A stretch of DNA of 64,000 nucleotides from Dictyostelium discoideum (lineage: Eukaryota): positions 2,976,001 to 3,040,000 of the forward strand of contig CM000153.2 in NCBI GenBank assembly GCA_000004695.1, read 5' to 3'. Below the pieces are notes generated by a model, which had not been told where the DNA came from, did not search any database, and saw only the letters and a program-made list of their open reading frames with translations. Below, piece after piece: positions 53,506 through 64,000 of the stretch (position 1 is its first letter; each line of letters begins with the position of its first letter). Position numbers and translations under genes: made by a program.

Positions 53506-56100
53506 TTACAAGAAATTGTTGTTGTTATTATTATTATTAATATGAACTTGTTGGTTGTTGTGATGAGAATTAAAAATTTGTTTATATTTTAATTCCAAAT
53601 GTTTAGTAAAATTTAAATTATCACAAAGTGGGGAATTAATCATTAAATTTCTTAGATTACTTCTAAAGAATATTAATTTATCGATATCTCTTGACAAAGC
53701 CAAAGCGATTTCAACATATTGACCATGATTGTAGGCAACCAACTGAGGTAGATTTAGTGTATGTAAAATTGATTTACCCACATTATTACAATGATAAGAA
53801 GGTGTTGATAGTGAAACCGTTGGAACACCCATCCAAAGTGATTCACAAGTTGTTGTAGTACCAGCGTATGGAAAAGTATCTAAACTAATATCCAACATCT
53901 GGCTATAATATTGAAGATGATCTTTTTGATGAGAAAATAAACCAACCAAATCCACCTGATTCAAATTGAATCCAAATTTAATTAATCTCTTGCTAAATGA
54001 TTTCTTTGTATCTTCACAAGCGAATGGTTTACTCTTTAATAATAATCTTGTTCCAATTGGTGATCTATCCAATATTAATTTCCAACAATTTAAACATTTA
54101 TCACTATATTTAGCCATAACATTAAATGATCCAAATGTAATATAACCATTCTTTAAAAATGGTGGTGGTGGTGGTAATGGTGGTGGTGGTGGTAGTGGTG
54201 GTGGTGATGGTGACGGTGGTGATATATTATCATTTGATGATGATGCTGCTGAAATTGGTGGGAAATAAGTTAAAAAACATTGTGGCATTCTAATTAAAGT
54301 TTCAGTGAATTGTTGTTTTGTATCTAATGGATCAACTATTGAATCTGTTATTCTATATTGAATAGTTTTTAAACCTGTTGTATTTGGATAACCAATGTAT
54401 GATATTTGAATTGGTGATGGTTGTAATGCCATAACATCCATTCTATTACCACAGGTATGACCTGACAACTCTACCAATATATCAACTTGATCATCCTTTA
54501 TCAATTGAACTACCTCCATTGTAGGTTTACCAGTTATATGTCTCCATTCATGACCATATGATTTTAATCTTTCAGTTGTAGTATCTTGTTTAGAAATATT
54601 TGAATAACATATAATTTTAAATTCTTCCTTATTATGAAATTTTAAAATTCCTTCAATAAAATAACTAACTGAATGTATAAAAAAATCACCTGAAATATAA
54701 CCAATAATTAATTTATCTTTTTTTTTAATTATTCCATTATTATTATTTATGTTATTATTATTACTATCAATACCATATTTTAAATTTAAAGAATTTAAAA
54801 ATGATTGACCCCATTGTTGGTGAATTTCATAAATTTGTGAATAATTAAATTCTGTTGAATAATTTAATGCCAATAATTTATTATGTTGAGCATTTAAAGA
54901 ATTTGTTGGTGAACATTGAATACATTTTTCATAACTTTTGATCGATTGAGAAATTTTACCAATATCACGATAAACTACACCAAGATTATTATAAGCATCG
55001 GCATATGTTGGTGATTCTTTAATTGCAAGTTTAACATATTTTTTTGCTAATTTCATCTTTCCTTGCATTGTATAAATAATTGCTAAATTACTTAAACTTT
55101 GAGAGAATGATGGATTCGATTTTAATGCTAATTGATAATAGTGTATTGATTGTTCAATATTATCAATATCTTTATATAATACACCTAAATTATTTAAAGC
55201 TTCAACATATTGATTATTATTATTATTACTATTATTTTTATTATTTATTTCATTAAAATGAATTGCTAATTCATAATTCATAATTGATTTTTCAATTTGT
55301 TTTCTTTCACTAAATAATACGCCTAAATTATAATAAGTACCTTCATATTTGAAATTATAATGTAATGATTTTTTATAGAATTCTTTAGCTAAATCAATTT
55401 CACCATTCAATTTAACTTTTGTACCTAAATCGTTATATGCTATCGCTATATTATTCTTTACAAGTGAATAGTTTGGATTGATTTGTAGGGCACGTTTATA
55501 ATATTCTATACTTGTTTCAATTTCACCAAGATTCTTTCTAATTACACCAATATTACATAAAACCTCTGGATAATTTGGATTTAATAATAATGCTTTTGAA
55601 TAACTTTCCAACGCCAATGAATATGAAATACCCTCTTCATAGAATACAACTCCCATATAAAATAATGCTGTTGAATTCTTTACATTTGATCTACTTGCAA
55701 GATAATACATTTTCAATGCATCAATCATTTTTTTCTTTTCTCTAAATTCTGTACCAACTTCAATTAAAAATTCATCAATTTTAATAATTTCATCATTACT
55801 AACCTGACTACTACTACCACTACCACTACTACTATTATTAATTATTTTAATTTCAATTAATTTATTTAAAAAACTAATAATTTCATTATTATAAATACTA
55901 TTATTTAAATCATTATTATTATTATTTAAATTATTATTATTAATATTATTTTCATTTAGTTTAACAATAATAAAACTATTAACTATATTATTTTTTTTAT
56001 TTTCTTTATCATTGGTAATTTCATCCTTTTTAATAATTTCAACATTTACTGAATTTGGATTGTCATGGATTATTATATCATAACAAATTTTAATTTGCAT
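53506..56100 (-). CDS. TPR-repeat glycosyltransferase of the GT41 family (O-GlcNAc transferase / SPINDLY-like), 864 aa, single exon
   Basis: The N-terminal half has more than 8 TPR units (ALxxYxxALxxNPNY, AYNNLGVVYRDIGK...). The C-terminal half matches the GT41 catalytic lobes: GYISGDFFIHSVSYF, ELSGHTCGNRMDVMALQPSPIQISYIGYPNTTG, TFGSFNVMAKYSD, FPYAGTTTTCESLWMGVPTVSL. It has a polyproline insert PPSPSPPPLPPPPPLPPPPPF and polyN tracts. Confidence 0.85.
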   Translation of the reverse strand: MQIKICYDIIIHDNPNSVNVEIIKKDEITNDKENKKNNIVNSFIIVKLNENNINNNNLNNNNNDLNNSIYNNEIISFLNKLIEIKIINNSSSGSGSSSQVSNDEIIKIDEFLIEVGTEFREKKKMIDALKMYYLASRSNVKNSTALFYMGVVFYEEGISYSLALESYSKALLLNPNYPEVLCNIGVIRKNLGEIETSIEYYKRALQINPNYSLVKNNIAIAYNDLGTKVKLNGEIDLAKEFYKKSLHYNFKYEGTYYNLGVLFSERKQIEKSIMNYELAIHFNEINNKNNSNNNNNQYVEALNNLGVLYKDIDNIEQSIHYYQLALKSNPSFSQSLSNLAIIYTMQGKMKLAKKYVKLAIKESPTYADAYNNLGVVYRDIGKISQSIKSYEKCIQCSPTNSLNAQHNKLLALNYSTEFNYSQIYEIHQQWGQSFLNSLNLKYGIDSNNNNINNNNGIIKKKDKLIIGYISGDFFIHSVSYFIEGILKFHNKEEFKIICYSNISKQDTTTERLKSYGHEWRHITGKPTMEVVQLIKDDQVDILVELSGHTCGNRMDVMALQPSPIQISYIGYPNTTGLKTIQYRITDSIVDPLDTKQQFTETLIRMPQCFLTYFPPISAASSSNDNISPPSPSPPPLPPPPPLPPPPPFLKNGYITFGSFNVMAKYSDKCLNCWKLILDRSPIGTRLLLKSKPFACEDTKKSFSKRLIKFGFNLNQVDLVGLFSHQKDHLQYYSQMLDISLDTFPYAGTTTTCESLWMGVPTVSLSTPSYHCNNVGKSILHTLNLPQLVAYNHGQYVEIALALSRDIDKLIFFRSNLRNLMINSPLCDNLNFTKHLELKYKQIFNSHHNNQQVHINNNNNNNNFL

Positions 56101-56203
56101 AATTATTATTTAGTATTGCATTTAACAAAAACTAAATAAAAAATTGAATGAAGAAAAAAAAAAAAAAAAAAAAATGAAAAAAAAAAATGAAAAAAATGAA
56201 TTG

Positions 56204-56237
<34 letters not shown>

Positions 56238-56492
56238 TAATTAAATATAAAAGATTTACAATTACTATAATAATTATGTGTGATTTTGTATAATTTAGGT
56301 TATGTTTGATAATTAATAAAAAAAAATAATAATTATATAATAATAATATTTAATATATATTGAGTTTTTTTTTTTTTTTTTTTTTTTATTGTTTACATCT
56401 AATGATACATTTTGTTTTGTGAGGATTTTATTTTAAATATATTTGTTTTTTGTTTTTTTTTTTTTTGTTTTTTTCCATTATTCGCTAAAGGT

Positions 56493-56998
56493 TTATTGTA
56501 ATTTTGAAAGAATTAATTTTGTAGCTTCATCTGAAGAAATATAACCATCTCTATCGGTATCAGTATCCCTAATTAATTCATCTGCTTCTTGAGATGTTAA
56601 AGTGTCACCTAATGTTGTAAGAATTTGTTTTAAATGTTGTGCTGAAATTGAACCAGTACCATCTGTATCAAAACAATTAAAAGCTCTTTTTAATTCATCT
56701 TTTTTTTTTTTCCAAAAAAATGTTAGTATATATGTTTTTCTTTTTTTTTTTTTTTTTTTTCAAAAAAAAAATAGAATTACTTACCAGCTGGATCAGTAAT
56801 TTGAAGTTTTCTAACTACAACTTGTAAGAAACCATTAAAATCTGTGCCTGATGAAACATCAGATTCTGGTAAATTTACACCCAATGATTTCAATGCCATA
56901 ACTGATTCTTTTGGATTAAGTCTTCCATCATTATCTTTATCGAATTGTGTGAAACAAATTTGAAATTCATTTTTTTGATCGTCTGTTAATAATTCCAT
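56493..56998 (-). CDS. calmodulin-like EF-hand Ca2+-binding protein (~141 aa, 2 exons)
   Basis: Exon 1 is 56998-56785 (MELLTDDQKNEFQICFTQFDKDNDGRLNPKESVMALKSLG...), with a G|GTAAGT donor (phase 1). Exon 2 is 56698-56493 (DELKRAFNCFDTDGTGSISAQHLKQILTTLGDTLTSQEADELIRDTDTDRDGYISSDEATKLILSKLQ*). It has three recognisable EF loops: DKDNDGRL, DTDGTGSI, DTDRDGYI. Confidence 0.8.
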
Positions 56999-57888
56999 TT
57001 TTTTTTATTTATTATCTATTTATGTTCCTTGTTCAAAAAAAAAAAAAAAAAAAACTTTTAATATTTTCAAAAAAAAAAAAAAAATAAAAAAAATAAAAAT
57101 AAAAAAATAAAAAAAAAAAAAATTAAAAAAAAAATCATAAAATTTATTTGAAAACTATGGGTTCAGATAAATGCCTTTTTCATTTTATTTTTTTAAAAAA
57201 ATACCAAACAATTACAAAAAAATAAAAATGATTAATAAAAATAAAAAAAAAGGATAATAATAATAATAATAATAATATTAATGGATATGGAAATTGTGTT
57301 TTGGTATAATTATTTTAAATTAAATTAAAAAAAAAAATAAAAAATAAAAAAAATAAAAAAAAATAATAATATTAAGAAAAAATTAAGAAAAAATAATAAA
57401 AATCCCATATAATTATTTTTTGATTGTTTCACTCCTCAATTTATTTCCTGAAAAATAACATTATTAATCGGGGGAAGCCGTTGATGTTGAACAAATACAG
57501 ACTCCAGTATATACATCGGACTTTGAATTCCATTCGGATTATTCTAGTCCTGTCGTAACGCCGGGCCCGTTTAAATAACGTAGCTTTAAAAACAAATATA
57601 GCATCAACTCTATACTTCCCCTTTTTATTTAAAAAAAATTAATTTTAATGGATAAACACTGATAAATCAATATAAATATAATTAATATCCAAAAAAAAAA
57701 AAAATTTTAATGGATAAACACTGGTAAATCAATATAAATAAAAAAATAAAAAATTTGTCTGATTAGTATCAAACAATAGAAATTGAGTGTTAATTATAAG
57801 ATCTTCTTATTTTTGTTGATATTATTTAAATTATTAATTTTATTTTTATTTTTATTTATTTTTATTTTTATTTCTTTTTTTTTATTTA

Positions 57889-57993
<105 letters not shown>

Positions 57994-58207
57994 TCCATTT
58001 ATAATAATAAAATGTGTTAAATTTTGTTATTATTTGTCTGAAATTAATTTTATTTGGAAAAAAAAAATAAAAAAATAAAAAATAAAAAATAAAAAAATAA
58101 ATTAAAATTTTAAAAAAAATCATTTGGGAAATTTAAAAATTTTTAATATAAAAAAATAAAAAAAATCATTTTTAACAACTTTTGTATACGCAGAAGAAAA
58201 AAAAAGA

Positions 58208-59835
58208 AATGAAAAATATATTATTACTCGGTTCTGGCTTTGTTGCAAAGGTATTTAATTAATTTTTTTTATTTTTTCATTTTCTTTTTTTTTTTTTTTT
58301 TTTTTTTTACTAACATCTCTCTCTCTCTATCTCTATTTTAATTTATATAGCCAGCACTTGATTACCTCTTAAAAAGAGAAGATTATTTTGTAACAATTGT
58401 TAGTTTATTCCAAAATGAATTAGACTCAATTACAAAAGGTCACGATACATCAAAATTCAAAACAATTCAATTAGATGTTATGAATAAATTGAATGAATTA
58501 GAAGAATATTTCCCAAAATCTGATTGTGTAATTAGGTAAGTGTTGTGTGTTTATTTACACATATATATATATATAAATCATTCTCTTTTTTAAAATATAT
58601 ATTAATAATAATAAAATAGTTTAATTCCAGCAACATTACATTCAACAGTTGCAAAATTATGTATTAAACATAAAACACATTTAGTTACAGCAAGTTATAT
58701 TTCAGATGATATGAAAGCATTATCAGAAGAAGCAAAGGAGGCAGGTGTTTTATTATTGAATGAACTTGGTCTTGATCCAGGTATTGATCATATGTCATCA
58801 ATGAAGATTATTGATCATGCTAAGGAAAATGGTGGTAAGGTCACATCATTCGTTTCATGGTGTGGTGCGCTACCATCAACAGAATGTGCTGACAATCCAT
58901 TTGGATACAAATTTTCATGGTCACCAAGAGGTGTACTATCATCAGCAACTCTTTCCGCCAATTTCCTTTGGGAGGGTCATAATGAAGAAGTACCAGCCAA
59001 TATCAAATGGGCAGTGTTACAACCAATCGTTGTTGAAGATTCAAATGGTGTAAAGATGGAGTTTGATGGTGTACCAAATCGTAACTCATTCCCATACATT
59101 GAACAATACAATTTAAATGCTAAAGATGTAACCACAATGTTTAGAGGTACATTACGTTGGAAGGGTGGTTTTGGAATCATGATCCGTGCACTTGTTGCCG
59201 TTGGTTTATTCTCCACTGAAGTTGATGCACGTCTCGCTGTTGAGGGTGGTATTTCATGGCGTAACTATCTCGTTCAGCTATTGGGTTGCAATGATAATGA
59301 TAGTGACCTCCTATATTGTGTGGAATCCACCATTAAAGAGTACTTTGAAAAATTAAAGACTGAGAGAGACGGCTTACAATTCCATTTCCCAATTATTCCA
59401 AGAGATATTGAAAAAGATGTTCAACATGCCGTTGAAGGTTTCAAATGGTTGGGTTTATTAAGTGCTGATGAAAAAGTTGTAAATAAGAATACTCCAATCG
59501 ATAGTCTTTGCGCTTTACTCGAAAAGAAACTCTCTTACAAAGCTGGTGAACGTGATGTAGTTGTCCTTGAACATAACTTTGTCGTCCAATACGCTGATCG
59601 TACAGAAAAAGAAGTTTCATCACTCATTTGTTATGGTATTCCAAATGGTAGTTCTGCAACTTCACTCACTGTTGGTGTTCCAGTTGGTATCGCAACTGAA
59701 CTCATCGCTGATGGTAAAACTACAACTAGAGGTGTTGTTGGTCCAGTAACTCCTGAATTTTATTTACCAATTTTAGAGAAATTAAAATCTGAAAATATTG
59801 AAATGATTGAAACTAAACAAGAAATTAAAAAATAA
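58208..59835 (+). CDS. saccharopine dehydrogenase (NADP+, L-glutamate-forming; LYS9 / AASS C-terminal-half type), 3 exons
   Basis: Exon 1 is 58208-58249 ([14 protein letters not shown], a Rossmann GxGxxA), with a GTATTT donor. Exon 2 is 58351-58535 ([18 protein letters not shown]...KSDCVI), donor AG|GTAAGT. Exon 3 is 58618-59835 ([67 protein letters not shown] is approximately yeast Lys9 [68 protein letters not shown]). Confidence 0.9.
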
Positions 59836-59958
59836 AATAAAATAATATTAAATTTTTTAAAAAAAACTAAATAATTATAATTTTATTTGTACAAAAACTG
59901 TGTATTTTTATTTATTTATATATATATTGTAAAAGGTTGTTTTTTTTTTTTTTTTTTT

Positions 59959-60729
59959 TTAAATATCATCAACTAAAAAGTCATCTGGAAGTTGAATCTT
60001 TTCACCAACTTTAAATGTTGGAAGACCACGATATGGACAACCACCACATCTAAAAGCATCACCCAAAGAACAATTACCACATGAACTACCAACACCTGGA
60101 TTTTCAATCATTTCTTTTGTAAGTTTTGGTTTTGATTGGTTTTCTTCTTCTGCTCTACCGCATGTACAGTTTTTACAGGCTTTTTTAGTTTTACCAACTT
60201 CACAATCGTCCAAAGTGGTTGCTGGTTTTGAAGTTTTATCATTTTCACTAACTAAATCATTTTCATTAATACGGTCACCACCTTCAATTGATGCCCATGG
60301 ATTATTAGAGGATGTAGATGGAATATTAATTGTAGATGATTCATTTGTATCCCATGATGGTTTATCAGCGTGAACAATAGTTTTATAAGTTGAATTTGAT
60401 GTAGCTTTGAAATCAACTAAACCACCAATTAAAAAGTCCATACCAGAGTTTACCAAAGTTTCATTTTCATTGGTTTGATAAATTGATAATTTACCACCCT
60501 TTTTCAATAAATTTGAATACATTGAAATCAATGCACTATTAAATGGTTTACTTGAAATAATAATTACATGATCAAAATTATTTTGAATTTGTTGTTGTTC
60601 TTTTGATAATGAAGTTGTTACTGTTTTACTTAATTCTTTAACTTGATTTATAATTGATTCTGAATTTTCAACATCTGAAATTATTAAAACTTCTTGTTCT
60701 TTATTTAATTCTAATGATAGCGAATTCAT
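59959..60729 (-). CDS. ciapin1: anamorsin / CIAPIN1 / Dre2 Fe-S cluster assembly protein, 256 aa, single exon
   Basis: N-terminal methyltransferase-like domain. The C-terminal CIAPIN1 domain has CxxC...C ([10 protein letters not shown]) and CxxC..C..C ([22 protein letters not shown]) motifs. Confidence 0.9.
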   Translation of the reverse strand: MNSLSLELNKEQEVLIISDVENSESIINQVKELSKTVTTSLSKEQQQIQNNFDHVIIISSKPFNSALISMYSNLLKKGGKLSIYQTNENETLVNSGMDFLIGGLVDFKATSNSTYKTIVHADKPSWDTNESSTINIPSTSSNNPWASIEGGDRINENDLVSENDKTSKPATTLDDCEVGKTKKACKNCTCGRAEEENQSKPKLTKEMIENPGVGSSCGNCSLGDAFRCGGCPYRGLPTFKVGEKIQLPDDFLVDDI

Positions 60730-61006
60730 TTTTTTAAAAAATATTATAAATAAATAAAAATAAATATATATATATATATATATGATAGATAGATATTATT
60801 ATTATTTTTTTTTTGGTGTTGTGAGAAAAAAAAAAAAATTAATTTAAAAATTAAAAAAAAAAAAAAAAAAAAAATAAAAAAAAAGTTAAAAAACAAAAAA
60901 AAAAAAAATAAAAAAAATAAAATAAAATAAAATTAAAAAAAAAAAAAAATCGACAAAGTCGGGAATTTAAATGAATTTTAAGTCCAAGAATGCAATGGAG
61001 AACATA

Positions 61007-61041
<35 letters not shown>

Positions 61042-61134
61042 TAATTTAATTTTTAAATTAATTTTAAATTTTTTTTTTTTTTCCTTTTCCTTTCCCTTTT
61101 TTAAAACCTTTGGCCCAAAATTTTTTTAAAAAAT

Positions 61135-61169
<35 letters not shown>

Positions 61170-61531
61170 TTGAAATAATATTATCTTTTGATTATTACTT
61201 TGTTTTTATGTTTTGATTTAAATTAATTTCTTGATATTTATTTCATTTTTTGTTTTTATTTTTTTAATTTATTTTTTTTTAATTTTTTTTTTTTTTCATT
61301 TTTTAATTTTTTTAATTTTAATATTTTTTTTTTTTTTTTTGAATTTTTTTTTTTTTTTTTTAAAATTTGATCACACCCACCACAATAATTAAAAAAAGCA
61401 TAACAAACACATTAATATCAAGATATTTACATATGTACTAAAAATAAACTTTTTTAGATTAAAATTTTTTTTTTAAATAAAAAAAAATAAAAAAAATAAA
61501 AAAAATAAAAAAAATAAAAAAAATAAAAAAC

Positions 61532-62673
61532 ATGTATCATAATTTTAATTATATTGACGACGAAAATGGACATATTAAAATGTTACCATCACCAGTTAAA
61601 CCAAATGGTGGTAAATTAAGAACACCAACTTCCAAAGCGACAATTTTAACAGCAGATATAGGGCATGAAATTAGAGAAGTTTGGGCACATAATTTAGAAT
61701 ATGAAATGTCACTAATAAGAGAATTAGTTGATATATATCCTTGTGTTGCAATTGTAAGTTACTAATCAACACCATCATCATCACACCATACTATATTTAT
61801 ATTTTATTAAATTTTCAATTGAAAAAAAAAAAAAAAAAAATTAAAATATAATTTTATCAGGACACAGAATTTCCAGGATTTGTAAATAAACCAATTGAAT
61901 CAATGAGAATGTATCCAGATTATAATTATCAAACATTAAGATCAAATGTAGATTTATTAAAGATAATTCAATTTGGAATAACATTTTCAGATAGTACAGG
62001 TTGTTTGCCTGTACCAACATGTACATGGCAATTTAATTTCAAATTTAGTTTAAAAGATGATATGTATTCACCATACGCAATTGAGTTATTAAAAAGTTGT
62101 GGAATTGATTTCCAAAGGATTGAAGACTATGGAATTGATGTTAATGATTTTTCAGAATTATTCATTTCATCAGGTATTGTATTGAATGATAAAATTCAAT
62201 GGATTTGTTTTCATGGTGGTTACGATTTCGGTTATTTATTAAAAGTTTTAAGTTGTTCAGAATTACCAAAATCTGAATCCGATTTTTTCGATCTCTTAAG
62301 AATTTACTTTCCATGTATATACGATGTAAAATATTTAATGAAAAGTTGTAAAAATTTAAAAGGTGGTTTAAGTGGTTTAGCTGAAGATTTAAATGTAAAT
62401 ATTTATATGTATATATATTAAAAAAATAAAAATAAAAAATATGTAATTTAATATTAATAATTTTTTATTTTTTATTTTTTATTTTTTTAAAAAAAATAGG
62501 TGGTCAGAGTCGGTCCTCAACATCAAGCAGGAAGTGATTCTTTATTGACAAATTCAACATTTTTTAAATTAAGAGAGGAATTTTTTGAAAATGAAATTGA
62601 TGATCATAAATATAAAGGAATTTTATATGGTTATAATGTCAGTCAAAATTTTCATCATAATGGTCATTTGTAA
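61532..62673 (+). CDS. cnot7: CCR4-NOT complex CAF1/POP2 deadenylase subunit (CNOT7/8 ortholog), 3 exons
   Basis: Exon 1 is 61532-61753 (..[28 protein letters not shown]), donor GTAAGT. Exon 2 is 61861-62394 ([11 protein letters not shown]...[20 protein letters not shown]...[16 protein letters not shown]...[20 protein letters not shown]...[29 protein letters not shown]), donor GTAAAT. Exon 3 is 62500-62673 ([17 protein letters not shown]...). It is collinear with human CNOT7 (DEDD nuclease). Confidence 0.9.
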
Positions 62674-62730
62674 ACCAAAAATATTTTGATTAGCCAATAA
62701 AAAAAAAAAAAACCATTTTTTTTTTTGTTT

Positions 62731-62761
<31 letters not shown>

Positions 62762-63034
62762 CTTTAATTTTTTTTTGATTTTCTTTTTTTTTGTCCAAGA
62801 TTTTCAGAAAATAAAATTATTTTTACTTTTTTTTTTTTTTTTAAAGTTTTTATCGTCATTGTTTTTTTTTTAATTTTTTTAATCTTCACATATTTATTTA
62901 TTTATTATTTATTTATTTATTTTTATTTTTATTTTTTTTATTAAAAAAAAATTGAGGAATTTCTATTATTTTTTTTTTTATATACCCATAAATAAAAGAA
63001 ATTCCAAAAATAGCAAAAAAAAAAAAAAAAAAAA

Positions 63035-64000
63035 ATGAAAAGTAGAAGAAAACACTTTTTCAAACAAATAGTTTTTATAATTTTAATTTTAATAGTAAGT
63101 GTAAATTCAGAGAGAATTGAATATTCAGCATATAGTGAAGATGATAAATCAATAAATATAGCCTTTAAAATAGATACACCAATTTGGGGATTTTCATATT
63201 ATTATAATCCTATTCAACATTTATCAATTATAAAATCAATTGAACCAATACCAATAATTAGAAATAATATACCATTTAAATGTAGATATCTATTAGATAA
63301 AAAAGGTTATCAAATTAATCTTATAAATTTAAAAGATGAGTATGTATATAACCTTTGCTTGAGATACTTTTTTTTTTTTTTTCAAAACACATTAAATTAA
63401 CACACACACACACATATATACTAATAAAAAAAAAAAATTAAAAAAAAATAGTTTTGGAGAAAATGATTTTTATAATAATATAATTTGTAATGCTACATCT
63501 AATAAAATAACAGAGAATAGTATTCAATTAAAAGGAAATGATATAAATACAACATATGAATTCATATGCATAGATGATAATGATAATAATAATAATAATA
63601 ATAATAATAATATAGATAATATAGATAATTTAATTATAAATAGTAGTGACTATCATGGTGATAGTAGTAATAGTAATAATAGTAATAATAATAATAGTAA
63701 TGAAATTGATAAATTTTTTTGTTTAAAAAATGATTTATCAAATCATACTCTTTGTACATATAATAGCAAATACGCATGCTTACAATCAATTGTTTTTTCA
63801 GGAACAAAAATAAATGAAGTATATAATATAAATAAAAAAGTTTTTTCAACATATAAATTTCAAAGATCAAATATAATTTCAATTAATGGTTTTTCTTATT
63901 CAATATATCTAGGTTAGTAGTAGTAATAATAAATATAAATATATAAATATTTAAATATATGTATACATATGATAAATAATTAATTATAATATTATAATAG
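63035..64000 (+). CDS. hypothetical secreted protein, 5' partial within the window (at least 2 exons, continues past the end)
   Basis: Exon 1 is 63035-63339 (MKSRRKHFFKQIVFIILILIVSVNSERIE... signal peptide), donor GA|GTATGT. The acceptor is aaaaaaaaatag at 63451. Exon 2 is 63452 to at least 63911 (DFGENDFYNNIICNATSNK...FICIDDND...polyN...FFCLKNDLSNHTLC..). A candidate GTTAGT donor is at 63912. Low information. Confidence 0.45.

Noticed and set aside
62983-62992. ACCCATAA, which matches the dictyostelid snRNA upstream element (DUSE) consensus
   Set aside because: It lies ~45 bp upstream of a protein-coding ATG, not a small-RNA gene. An 8-mer of this composition is expected by chance a few times per 64 kb.

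Overview
The window is extremely AT-rich eukaryotic nuclear DNA, with about 75-80% A+T in intergenic regions. It has short AT-rich introns with GTAAGT/GTATGT...AG boundaries, ubiquitous poly-Asn/poly-Gln coding tracts, and (ATT)n/(AAC)n microsatellites. These are hallmarks of a Dictyostelium-type social amoeba chromosome. The window contains two 100-N assembly gaps.

I can support about 25 protein-coding genes, and most of them are multi-exon. The recognisable ones are a CWF19L1-like splicing factor, a DHX15/Prp43 DEAH helicase, a front-end (cytochrome b5-fused) fatty-acid desaturase, MED31, NDUFS7/PSST, a ~2100-aa Sen1/senataxin-like helicase with an RD/RS-repeat tail, APC4, fucose-1-phosphate guanylyltransferase, an RCC1-repeat protein, a TPR/GT41 (OGT/SPY-like) glycosyltransferase, an EF-hand protein, saccharopine dehydrogenase, anamorsin, and CAF1/CNOT7. 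There is one tRNA-Asp(GUC) gene with a downstream external B-box.

The first ~5 kb is gene-free and consists of a tandemly duplicated ~1-kb non-coding element.

The most interesting observations are:
- a cluster of three paralogous small two-transmembrane genes with a conserved C-terminal peptide that I cannot place in any known family;
- a histidine/phenylalanine ammonia-lyase-fold protein that lacks the Ala-Ser-Gly (MIO) catalytic triad;
- a SAM + TerD-like domain protein;
- a tandem pair of secreted cysteine-rich paralogs separated by a long palindrome;
- several GC-richer non-coding islands that are candidate ncRNAs or transposon relics.
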